Shown piece by piece: positions 29,422-37,518 of a DNA stretch of 64,000 bases; within the stretch, counting starts at the first letter, position 1; the number at the start of each line of letters is the position of its first letter. Source of the DNA: a virus (Duplodnaviria; Caudoviricetes); the IMG/VR virus record IMGVR_UViG_3300032138_000647, positions 57,808 through 121,807 of that record. One strand, written 5' to 3'. The position numbers and the translations under genes were made by a program. The notes beneath the pieces were generated by a model. That model was not told the origin of the DNA. It made no database searches and was given only the letters and a program-made list of their open reading frames with translations.

Positions 29422-30546
29422 CTATGCTCCTAGGTGTTCTTTTATCTGCTGGCCAACGGCTTCATACGAAAATGACTGAGCACGCTTCAGTCCAGCCGTC
29501 CTGTCGATCTGGTCTCTATTTTTATAGTAGTACCTCATCGCAGATTTCAAGTCTTTCTCACTCGGATCAAACCATTCTTCTCTGCCGGTGAATAGCTGAA
29601 CAAACGGGGAGTCACTACAGACACAAACCTTAGTCGAGCCAGACAGTAAGAATCCTGCGTTCACATCTTCTCCTATAAAGTCCACTGGACCACCAACGCT
29701 GCTACACACTGGAGTGTTTCCAAAGCACATGGCATCAAAAGAGGGGATAGACCAAGCTTCGCCATGAGATGGGCACACGAAGCAATCGGCATAGATATGT
29801 AAAGCTTTTATTTTGTCGTCTGATATCTGGTCTGATAGGATTACTTCTTCGTGGTATGCCTCTAGGGACTGATACATCTTCAGGCCGCCCTTTACTTTGT
29901 CGCAAATACTTTTCATGTGCTCATATGTCTGCTGGGGAGTCAGGCCAAACTTCCAAACCTTTAATATCAAAGCTACCGGCTCTGATCGGTCAAACTCGCT
30001 ATGAAAGGATCTGACGAGGGACTCCAAGTTTTTTCTGTCGTTTAGGTCTCCCACATAATAGAACTTAAACTTGTGGTCGATCTCTGGCAGAGATGCTTTC
30101 TCATACTTTTTGCTAAACGCTTTCAGGTCTGAAGGACAGGGGAATAGTTTGATTTTGTCTTCATCCATAAGTCCATCAGATGTAAAGATAGCTTTCATCT
30201 CTGCGTTAGGCACCCACACTTCATCCATCTGTTGTAGTTGTACAAACCATTGTGTGGGCTTTATGCTATAGGATTCGCTGAAGAACAGGGCTACATTCTT
30301 TTTGAAGCCTCTTGATCCTATGAGGTGGTGAGGAAGAAGGTTCTGTATGCATACGTCACAGTTATCTATGTCTCCCCCTTCTAGCTCGATTATCCTGTCT
30401 GGGATTTCTGTGCGATCCATTGGGGTGAGGGGAACATTTCTGCACACAACCTCTATCCCCGCCGCATCCATGGCTAAGATATAATCCATAGCTGCTCTGG
30501 ACCATCCACCAAATTCTCTGTAGTGACCTAAGAATAGTACTTTCAT
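29422..30546 (-). CDS. GT4 glycosyltransferase
   Basis: DEVWVP, RKN, DCFVCPSHGEAWSIPSFDAM. Confidence 0.85.
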   Translation of the reverse strand: MKVLFLGHYREFGGWSRAAMDYILAMDAAGIEVVCRNVPLTPMDRTEIPDRIIELEGGDIDNCDVCIQNLLPHHLIGSRGFKKNVALFFSESYSIKPTQWFVQLQQMDEVWVPNAEMKAIFTSDGLMDEDKIKLFPCPSDLKAFSKKYEKASLPEIDHKFKFYYVGDLNDRKNLESLVRSFHSEFDRSEPVALILKVWKFGLTPQQTYEHMKSICDKVKGGLKMYQSLEAYHEEVILSDQISDDKIKALHIYADCFVCPSHGEAWSIPSFDAMCFGNTPVCSSVGGPVDFIGEDVNAGFLLSGSTKVCVCSDSPFVQLFTGREEWFDPSEKDLKSAMRYYYKNRDQIDRTAGLKRAQSFSYEAVGQQIKEHLGA

Positions 30547-32210
30547 CGGTTAACAGCCTCCCACCTTCTTTGTTCCCACATGTTTCTTCTGGCGCATAGC
30601 TGAGTCATGTGGTCGTGAGCCATGTCTAGGTCGAAGGGATTCCTCACACTCTTACCATCAAAGGCTGCCGAGCTTTCATTGAAATACATCCCCCCCGTGG
30701 TTCCCGTTGTGGAATGGTAGGTTAAATCCCTGATAAGTCTGGCTTCAAAAAATGTATTAATCTTAGAGGGGTCTCGCAGCACGTCTGTTATAAGCCATCT
30801 GGCCAGTTGAGACGGCGTTACGCCTTCCGGTATCTCTTTTGGCATAGGCTCTGGTTCTCCAATCCTAGGAGGAGAGTTCCAAGTCTGTTCTACCGGAGGT
30901 ATCTCGACACTATCGAAGTAGTCTTCCCATTTTTTGCCGCTTATGTCCCACTGGTAATGTTTTTCAAAAGCCCTTCTTGTGTCAAAGCCCAGCTTTCTCC
31001 TGATGCTCTTGGGCTGAGAAAAGAATTCCTTGAATTTTTCGGCAGCTAGCTCGTTGTCTGGAACTGCTCTCAGGCATCCGGTTTCCAATTCCTTGTATAG
31101 GGCCTTGGGTTCAATGGGGATTCCTTTCAGCTTTCTCAGCACGCTTTCCATGGCGGAATAATCCGTTCCCATTACAGGAACGCCGCAGGCTGCCGCCTCC
31201 ACTTGGGGCAATCCAAAGCCTTCGCAGTTGGCGTATTGAACATATAAATCAAAAAGGTTTATGATCTTCGACAGGTCTTCGTATTCCACACCGTGCTTTA
31301 CGCTGGTTAGAACTGCTCCGTATTGACCAGTGTACGGAGATTCTGCAACAGCCCCCTTGAATAGGGACGGAAAGGGCTTTCCCGTTTGCCTGCACACATA
31401 GGTAAACATGACATGAGAGGACAGTTCGTACTCTTGAATTAGCTCTGGTATATCCCAACCTAGATCTGGATAGCTAGTGTGACAGTACAGGTAATATTTT
31501 TTGTCTTCAGAAGAGTCTAGGAACTTCTTGAAGGCCGCAAACAAATCGGGGTAGAGCTTGCGACGTTGGTTACGCATAACCGTACCGATTATTTTATAGT
31601 CTGGGTCTATGCCCCAGCTAGCTTTTAAGCCATCTTTATCTTCTATCGGTTGATAGGCTGGATGGGCAGAGGGTGGGGAGGAGCCTAGATAGTTTATCTT
31701 GCCGCCAGACTGATCCTCTAGGATTGTTCCCGCCCAGTCAGAATAGGTAAAGCAAGCATCTGCTGACTGATAGGTTGCAACCCACTGCCTTGCCTGTGGC
31801 CTAGCGTCCACGGTTGGCATAATCGCCCACTTAAAGAGAGGGCGGAAAGGAGACCTTTCAACAAAATCGAGCATCCAAAAGTCTCTGATATCGCACACGA
31901 TGTCTGGCTTAAAATCCAAACACACGTTCTCAAAGATGAACTCTCCGAATTGGTTGGTGGGTTGAGAGTGAAACGCTTCCAGTTCTTCTTTGCCAGCCTT
32001 GGGTTCGACCTCTGTGTTTGGTGCTACACCGTAATATCTCCATGGAATGTTTGCCGACCTTGGATCATCTCGCTCTCCATAGGAAGCTAACTCTGCAAGT
32101 TCATACTTGCCTGTGTCATGCAGATACTTCAGGGTTTCTCTGGCATATGTAGCGTATCCTGTGTTGAGGAATGTAGCCTCACTACAGAAGAGGATTCTTT
32201 TTTTTCGCAT
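30543..32210 (-). CDS. GT4 glycosyltransferase
   Basis: TGYA, RNQRRK, EGFGLPQVEAAACGVP. Start refined to MRKK (GAGG RBS). Confidence 0.85.
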   Translation of the reverse strand: MRKKRILFCSEATFLNTGYATYARETLKYLHDTGKYELAELASYGERDDPRSANIPWRYYGVAPNTEVEPKAGKEELEAFHSQPTNQFGEFIFENVCLDFKPDIVCDIRDFWMLDFVERSPFRPLFKWAIMPTVDARPQARQWVATYQSADACFTYSDWAGTILEDQSGGKINYLGSSPPSAHPAYQPIEDKDGLKASWGIDPDYKIIGTVMRNQRRKLYPDLFAAFKKFLDSSEDKKYYLYCHTSYPDLGWDIPELIQEYELSSHVMFTYVCRQTGKPFPSLFKGAVAESPYTGQYGAVLTSVKHGVEYEDLSKIINLFDLYVQYANCEGFGLPQVEAAACGVPVMGTDYSAMESVLRKLKGIPIEPKALYKELETGCLRAVPDNELAAEKFKEFFSQPKSIRRKLGFDTRRAFEKHYQWDISGKKWEDYFDSVEIPPVEQTWNSPPRIGEPEPMPKEIPEGVTPSQLARWLITDVLRDPSKINTFFEARLIRDLTYHSTTGTTGGMYFNESSAAFDGKSVRNPFDLDMAHDHMTQLCARRNMWEQRRWEAVNR

Positions 32211-32234
32211 TGTGTCCTCGTTTGTCAAGGTGGG

Positions 32235-32549
32235 CTATTGATCCGACGCGGTATCGCTAACATCAAATTCGTTGACACGAAAGATTATTTCTCGGCTACC
32301 CTTAGATAAATTTTTAGCAGAAGCATGTACGTGTATCTTGGAGCCTTTTTCAAACAGCTTACATATTGTTTCCGCCCCCGTGTGCCAAGCTTCACACTTA
32401 ATAAAAGTGGGAATTCTGCTTTTCTCGCCGGTGCTCTTAGCTGTTCGGTAGGTGTATGTAACTAAAGTAAATTCTGCTTTGCTTATCCCTTCTGGCTGGG
32501 ACAGCTTGGGGTCTTCGACTAAAAACCCGGTAAAAGAGCACAAATTCAT
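32235..32549 (-). CDS. ssb: Single-stranded DNA-binding protein (short, no acidic tail)
   Basis: MN...G.L..DP, FI.CEAW...AE.I...KGS.I.V OB-fold pattern. Confidence 0.8.
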   Translation of the reverse strand: MNLCSFTGFLVEDPKLSQPEGISKAEFTLVTYTYRTAKSTGEKSRIPTFIKCEAWHTGAETICKLFEKGSKIHVHASAKNLSKGSREIIFRVNEFDVSDTASDQ

Positions 32550-32583
32550 TCCTCGCTCCTCTGAAATAAGATCTTATCTTACT

Positions 32584-32612
32584 ATTTTAGCAGCGACAGC
32601 CGCTTTTAGCAC
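32584..32612 (-). promoter_or_regulatory. Sigma70-like promoter upstream of ssb
   Basis: GTGCTA-17 nt-TAAAAT with TGn extension; resembles the promoter at 37208-37236. Confidence 0.55.
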
Positions 32613-32613
32613 A

Positions 32614-34206
32614 TTAAATCTCGTAAATTTTGTTAACTATGAAAGAATTATCGTTATGTTTGACGTTACCACAAAGGATAAGATTGTTTCCCTCGTATAA
32701 TATATACTTGTTCTTTTCTCTAGCTTCTGGGAACACTATTACGCTGTCCAGAGAGCAAGATTCGTCTTCTACTGTTAGGAAGGACATGTATTTGCCCTTG
32801 GAATCCCCTTTGGTGATGCGGTAATCAGAAACCCTTTTTACGTGTACGCATATGCAAAGATCCTTGCCTGTCTTACCATTCATGATTTCTTTACAGGTAG
32901 TATTTGCAGCAGACGTATCGGAACTTTCCACCTTAGACATAGAAATGGGACACCCAAGCAGCTTGGTTTCTTGGTCAATCACCCAGCCCGGATCGTCTGA
33001 CAACTCGTATGGAGGGTTTTCTAGCAGGTTTAGTTCGTTCATTACCACTTGGCTTCTCTCCATTCTGTGTGTCCCCCCTCCGTTTTTCTTAGTCGGAGCC
33101 AGTTCTGTCAGGCAATCTGCGAGCTTCTTCCACCTTCTCTTGGGGTAGTTTTCTTCTACCCACCTAATCTCAGCCTTGGTCAGTGTCCGGTATATATTGT
33201 ACTGGTACAAGGCTTCGTTTCTAGTAACTTTGTCACGGAAGCCTCGGAAAAACCCTACAGATGCCAGAGCCTTGAAGGCTGTGGAGTTTACTTTAGGAGC
33301 AAAGCTTATCAGTATTTCCATCCAAGAGCAATCGCTAACGCTCTTGTTTATTTCACACTCTAGGTCTTCAACTGCCTGAACCACCTTGTCTCCGGTTTTT
33401 CCGGTGAGAGACTTGATATCTTTGATACCAAAGTATATTTTCCCGTCAGAAATATTAAACTTGTCTGAAAAGTTTGTGATGTTGGGGGACTTTGTTTCTA
33501 GGTCAAACAGCTTAGCTTCGGAGACTAGCTCGTATATTTCCTCATGCGGGTTCTGCTTTTCGTTTGCATAGTAAAGGTAAGACAAGAAAAACTTGTCTGT
33601 GTAGTGAGCTTTGTAATAGGCGCTCCAAAATGAGCACATAGCATACGCTACGGCATGGGATTTATTGAACGAGTAACGAGAGGATTTTTCTATCCAGCTA
33701 AAAATTTCTTCAGCCGTGGCGCTAGTAACAATTCCTTTACTAGTCGCACCCTCTAGGAAAGAGTTCTTTACTTGTGCCATTAGACCGGCTTTTTTCTTAC
33801 CAATAGCCTTCCTCAACATGTCTGCATCTTGCAGGTTGAAGCCAGCGATTTTCTGGGCAATCCTCATGGACTGCTCTTGGTATACCAATACCCCATAGGT
33901 GGGCTTTAGGATCTCCTCAAGGGCCGGGTCTAGGTAGGTAACCTCCTCTATCCCTCTCTTTCTATCGATATACCTTTGGGTCATCGACTTGCCGTCTTGT
34001 ATAGCCTTAAGGCATCCCGGCCTAATCAAAGCTACTAATGCCGCCAGTTCTTCTATGTTACTGGGCTTCAGTTTTTTAGACCACGACTTACCTAGGTTGC
34101 TTTCAAGCTGGAAAACCCCTTTGGTTTTACCCTCGTGGAAGAGGCTCCAAGTTTTTTCGCACCCGTAGTCTATTTCTGAGGTCTGTCTAGATATAAGAGT
34201 TTCCAT
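32614..34206 (-). CDS. dnaE: DNA polymerase III alpha, C-terminal part (fingers, HhH, OB fold)
   Basis: G.TKGVFQLES, ALIRPG, TYGVLVYQEQ.M, LRKAIGKK, YSFNKSHAVAY, M.FLT.ED OB fold. ATG at 34206. Confidence 0.92.
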   Translation of the reverse strand: METLISRQTSEIDYGCEKTWSLFHEGKTKGVFQLESNLGKSWSKKLKPSNIEELAALVALIRPGCLKAIQDGKSMTQRYIDRKRGIEEVTYLDPALEEILKPTYGVLVYQEQSMRIAQKIAGFNLQDADMLRKAIGKKKAGLMAQVKNSFLEGATSKGIVTSATAEEIFSWIEKSSRYSFNKSHAVAYAMCSFWSAYYKAHYTDKFFLSYLYYANEKQNPHEEIYELVSEAKLFDLETKSPNITNFSDKFNISDGKIYFGIKDIKSLTGKTGDKVVQAVEDLECEINKSVSDCSWMEILISFAPKVNSTAFKALASVGFFRGFRDKVTRNEALYQYNIYRTLTKAEIRWVEENYPKRRWKKLADCLTELAPTKKNGGGTHRMERSQVVMNELNLLENPPYELSDDPGWVIDQETKLLGCPISMSKVESSDTSAANTTCKEIMNGKTGKDLCICVHVKRVSDYRITKGDSKGKYMSFLTVEDESCSLDSVIVFPEAREKNKYILYEGNNLILCGNVKHNDNSFIVNKIYEI

Positions 34207-34864
34207 TTGCAAATGCCTTGTCCAATTTCAAGTTTTGATATACGGCCCTGTGTGTTTTCATAAACTTAATCATTACGTTTGCCGTATCCTTAACGTCCTG
34301 AAGTGCGTCATGAGCGTTTTCTTTACTCATTCCCATGCGCTCCCTAGTAGCGTCCATGCTGATAGACTTAACGGAGGGGTCTGCCTCAGTCCACATAAAG
34401 TAGTTGTCCATCATGTCTATCTTGTAGATTGCATGAAACAGCTTCTGCTGGTGTCTATCTTTGTTGAACGGCCCATACTCTTTGCATAGCCTGTTGATAA
34501 TAACCATATCAAACCCTACGATATTCCACCCTGCGGGGATTGGGGCAAACCACTGTGTACCTTTCCAGTTATACTGATCTACAAACTGGATAAATTTCTT
34601 CCATACAGACCTGATGGTTGGAGCCTTCTTTAACTCATCCCTAGTCTTGCCTGTAATCCTCAAAGCCTCCTCTTCCAAGGGGTCTAGGCCAGCCTCAATA
34701 GCTTTGTTGTCACTTAGTATGGGTCTGATTTCACTGTTGAAAGTTCCCTTGAGTCTAAGGTTTCTACCGTCGATGGCCAGCGCGGCCAGTTGGGTAGGCT
34801 GGGTTTTGTGTGGGTTTCTAGACCCCGTTTCAAAGTCAAAAACAATTATATCTCTACTAGCCAT
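34187..34864 (-). CDS. dnaQ: DEDDh 3'-5' exonuclease (DnaQ/epsilon-like)
   Basis: ExoI VFDFETG, ExoII GWN..GFD, ExoIII AHDALQD. Confidence 0.85.
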   Translation of the reverse strand: MASRDIIVFDFETGSRNPHKTQPTQLAALAIDGRNLRLKGTFNSEIRPILSDNKAIEAGLDPLEEEALRITGKTRDELKKAPTIRSVWKKFIQFVDQYNWKGTQWFAPIPAGWNIVGFDMVIINRLCKEYGPFNKDRHQQKLFHAIYKIDMMDNYFMWTEADPSVKSISMDATRERMGMSKENAHDALQDVKDTANVMIKFMKTHRAVYQNLKLDKAFANGNSYI

Positions 34865-34880
34865 GATGGCTCCTTTTCAA

Positions 34881-35522
34881 TTAAACAGTTTCCCAATAAT
34901 GTCCCAGTTTCATTGGAACCTTAGTAGTAACGCTGGTTCCCTCGTAACTAAAGTTACTGAGAGTTATCAGCCTGAAGTCAATAGATACTCGTGTCTGGCC
35001 TGTGGAGTTTTTCTTATTTCCATGGCTGAGGTTAGCCCCATCCCATATACAGTACTCGCCAAACTCTGCCTCCATCGGGCTGTAGTCGCCCTTGTCTTCC
35101 TTGCTTTCTGCCCAGATCGTGTTTGTGTCAAAGGCTTGCGTAAGGGGAAGAAAGATATTTATTTCGTGTGGCGAGTGGTTGTACAGCTTGTCTTTGTGCC
35201 ACTTAGCCACCGCAATATTGTTGGGTACTTGCACCCTAAAGGTGGGTCTCTTTTGGTAAACCATTCCCTCGTCAGGAAAGTGTTGTGAAACAATATGGCC
35301 CACTAAATCCCTGTACGTTTCAAGGAATCTGGAGTCTTTGTCCTCAAAAGTTTTGTAAAACACCTTGTGAAAGTTAGTGGTCTGATCTTTGGATGGGTCA
35401 TCGGGTATTTCGTTTGGCCCTTCCTGTTTCAGGTGAAGGCTTGCCAAGTCGTCAACGTCAAACACATCCATAGTGATTGAGGCCAGATCAAATAATGAAG
35501 TATCGTAACTAAACTTATTCAT
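34881..35522 (-). CDS. Fe(II)/2-oxoglutarate-dependent oxygenase (StrG-like)
   Basis: YQ.RPTFRV, WHKD (HxD), H...EINIFLPLT, HGN, TRVSIDFR (RxS). Start refined to MNKF, overlapping the dnaE-N stop. Confidence 0.75.
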   Translation of the reverse strand: MNKFSYDTSLFDLASITMDVFDVDDLASLHLKQEGPNEIPDDPSKDQTTNFHKVFYKTFEDKDSRFLETYRDLVGHIVSQHFPDEGMVYQKRPTFRVQVPNNIAVAKWHKDKLYNHSPHEINIFLPLTQAFDTNTIWAESKEDKGDYSPMEAEFGEYCIWDGANLSHGNKKNSTGQTRVSIDFRLITLSNFSYEGTSVTTKVPMKLGHYWETV

Positions 35523-37167
35523 ACGTAGTTTCCTTAACAAAATCTTGTATCTTCATGATTTTATCTAGTAGGTTGATGCCTAGAACGTCAAACTTAACAT
35601 GCCCTAGCCCCTCTAGGTCACTCATTTCCAAGCCCGCAAGCTTTTCGATTCCATGCTTCTGGTCTACCATGGGGCAGACGGCCCCCAGTCTCTCTCTGGA
35701 GATAACGATTCCTGCTGGATGCTTTCCCTGCGACTTGAACGTTCCTTCCATTCGTATCGCTTGATCAAAGAACTCGGCATAATTTCCGTCTAGCTCTCCG
35801 TGGTCGTTTATAAAGCAAAAGTCTTTCAGTTCGTCTGGGTTGTTCATGATTGCCCATCTAATGATAGACCTATCTTCCTCATCCATTTCTTGTAGCTGGT
35901 CAGATATATCTGCCTCGTTTGGAATGCTCTTGGTGATCTCATTCATCTCTCCAAAAGAGCAAGCCTCGTTGATTCTTAGCACTTCCTTTAGGGCGCTACG
36001 TCCCTGAAGTCTGCCAAAGGTAATCATCTGGCTGACATTCTCATGACCATATTTGTCTTTGAGGTATTCAATTATCTCGTCTCTCTTTTTCCCCGGAACG
36101 TCTATGTCAATGTCGGGCAAGGAGACGTGATCATCTGTATTCCTTCCGCTGTTATAGAAGCGTTCAAACAGAAGATCAAATTCTATGGGATCTATTTTTG
36201 TTATCCCCATAAGGTAAGATAGCAAGCACCCGGCAGCAGAGCCTCGTCCCGGCCCAGACAGCCAGCCCTTTTCGTTAACAAATCTAATGATATCCCAGAC
36301 TACAAGGAAATACCCAAAGAGATTGGCTTCTTTTATAACTCCAAGCTCTTCCTCAAACCTTGCTTTGTAAACCGACTTGGCTTCTGGGTCATCAACCTTT
36401 CCCGTTTCCAAGAGCAGTTCTCTCCATCCCAAGCGGCATAGGTCGGTAAGCATACCCTCTTCGGATTGACCATTAGGGCATGCAAACTCGGGTAGGATTG
36501 GCTTGCTAAGTATGTCATAATGCTCACACTTACTAACTATATCTGTTACGTCAGACACTTGATCGTGAGAGCAGTCGTTAAGCAATACCTCTGTCATTTC
36601 TTCCTTGTCATAAATATAGAAGCCATCCTGCGTAAAGTATTTTTCAACTTCAGGATCAAGTTCTCCACTCTTAATCTTTCTTTGTATCTTTGGGAGAGTA
36701 GTCTTGAGGTGAGAGCTAAGCAAAACCCGGTGAAGCTTGGCGTCCTCACGTTGTACGTAATATGAGACAGGCAACGCTGGGGAGAAGGCGTAGGAGTCGT
36801 CGCCTAGCACGGGGTACTTCTTGGGAGCAATGCAAATAAGATTCTTGTTATCAAATATTCGCTTTGACTCACGGGAAGGTATGTTCCCATCTAAGTCAAG
36901 AGAAGAGACCAACTCAATTAGGTCTTGCCAGCCGCCTTTGTTCTTGGCGAGCAGAGTGAATTGGTCAAATGAGCAGCCGATAATTGGCTTAATGCCGTGC
37001 TTTAGGCAAGCTTGATAGAAGGATACCGCGCCGGATATAGACTTGTAGTCCGTAATCCCGCAAGCTTTGTATCCGTTTTCGCTGCACTTCTTAGCTAGTT
37101 CTTCAGGCTTAGAGAAGCCCTTAAGTAGACTGTAATGCGTATAGTTACAGATTGGTGACCAGTCCAT
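35515..37167 (-). CDS. dnaE: DNA polymerase III alpha, N-terminal part (degenerate PHP, palm, thumb)
   Basis: YSLL, KPIIG, GPGRGSAAG, LLFERF, PDIDID, KHPAG, KFDVLG. Start refined to MDWSP (AAGGA RBS). Confidence 0.93.
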   Translation of the reverse strand: MDWSPICNYTHYSLLKGFSKPEELAKKCSENGYKACGITDYKSISGAVSFYQACLKHGIKPIIGCSFDQFTLLAKNKGGWQDLIELVSSLDLDGNIPSRESKRIFDNKNLICIAPKKYPVLGDDSYAFSPALPVSYYVQREDAKLHRVLLSSHLKTTLPKIQRKIKSGELDPEVEKYFTQDGFYIYDKEEMTEVLLNDCSHDQVSDVTDIVSKCEHYDILSKPILPEFACPNGQSEEGMLTDLCRLGWRELLLETGKVDDPEAKSVYKARFEEELGVIKEANLFGYFLVVWDIIRFVNEKGWLSGPGRGSAAGCLLSYLMGITKIDPIEFDLLFERFYNSGRNTDDHVSLPDIDIDVPGKKRDEIIEYLKDKYGHENVSQMITFGRLQGRSALKEVLRINEACSFGEMNEITKSIPNEADISDQLQEMDEEDRSIIRWAIMNNPDELKDFCFINDHGELDGNYAEFFDQAIRMEGTFKSQGKHPAGIVISRERLGAVCPMVDQKHGIEKLAGLEMSDLEGLGHVKFDVLGINLLDKIMKIQDFVKETTYE

Positions 37168-37207
37168 GCTGTCCTTTTCAATATAAAATTTCAATTTGGC
37201 CCACACT

Positions 37208-37236
37208 ATTATAGCGTTAAGCCATCAATAAAGCAA
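37208..37236 (-). promoter_or_regulatory. Sigma70-like promoter upstream of dnaE-N
   Basis: TTGCTT-17 nt-TATAAT. Confidence 0.65.
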
Positions 37237-37238
37237 AC

Positions 37239-37505
37239 TTATTTATCCAAAACTTCGGCAATTCTTCCCTGTTCGTTCATGCCGAGTTGTTGTTGTAGCT
37301 TGAGGAGTTGCTGCAAGAGCACTGTGTCTCTCGCTCTTCCTTCTTCAAGTATTCTGTCCAGCTTAGCATTTATTTCTTCAAGGTTTGCTGGGGCTTGCCC
37401 CGGAGTAACGGTGGTCTTCCGGCTCATGGATATAGTAAATCCCATGGTAATTGCTAGCAGTACTACTAATGCACGGGAACAGTTAAGAATCTTTTTTGAT
37501 ATCAT
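37239..37505 (-). CDS. Small protein with N-terminal TM/signal and coiled coil
   Basis: ALVVLLAITMGFTISM hydrophobic segment followed by heptad-like helices. Confidence 0.55.
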   Translation of the reverse strand: MISKKILNCSRALVVLLAITMGFTISMSRKTTVTPGQAPANLEEINAKLDRILEEGRARDTVLLQQLLKLQQQLGMNEQGRIAEVLDK

Positions 37506-37518
37506 AGCTTCCCTTCCG

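Noticed and set aside
34614-35288. 224-aa + strand ORF and the many other 60-150-aa opposite-strand or nested ORFs
   Set aside because: They are antisense shadows of well-supported genes with no motifs or RBS context.
32614-37167. Split intein or group I/II intron in dnaE
   Set aside because: No intein N-terminal block at the end of the N gene and no HN-C/S junction at the start of the C gene. The gap is fully occupied by two ordinary ORFs with no room for intron structure.
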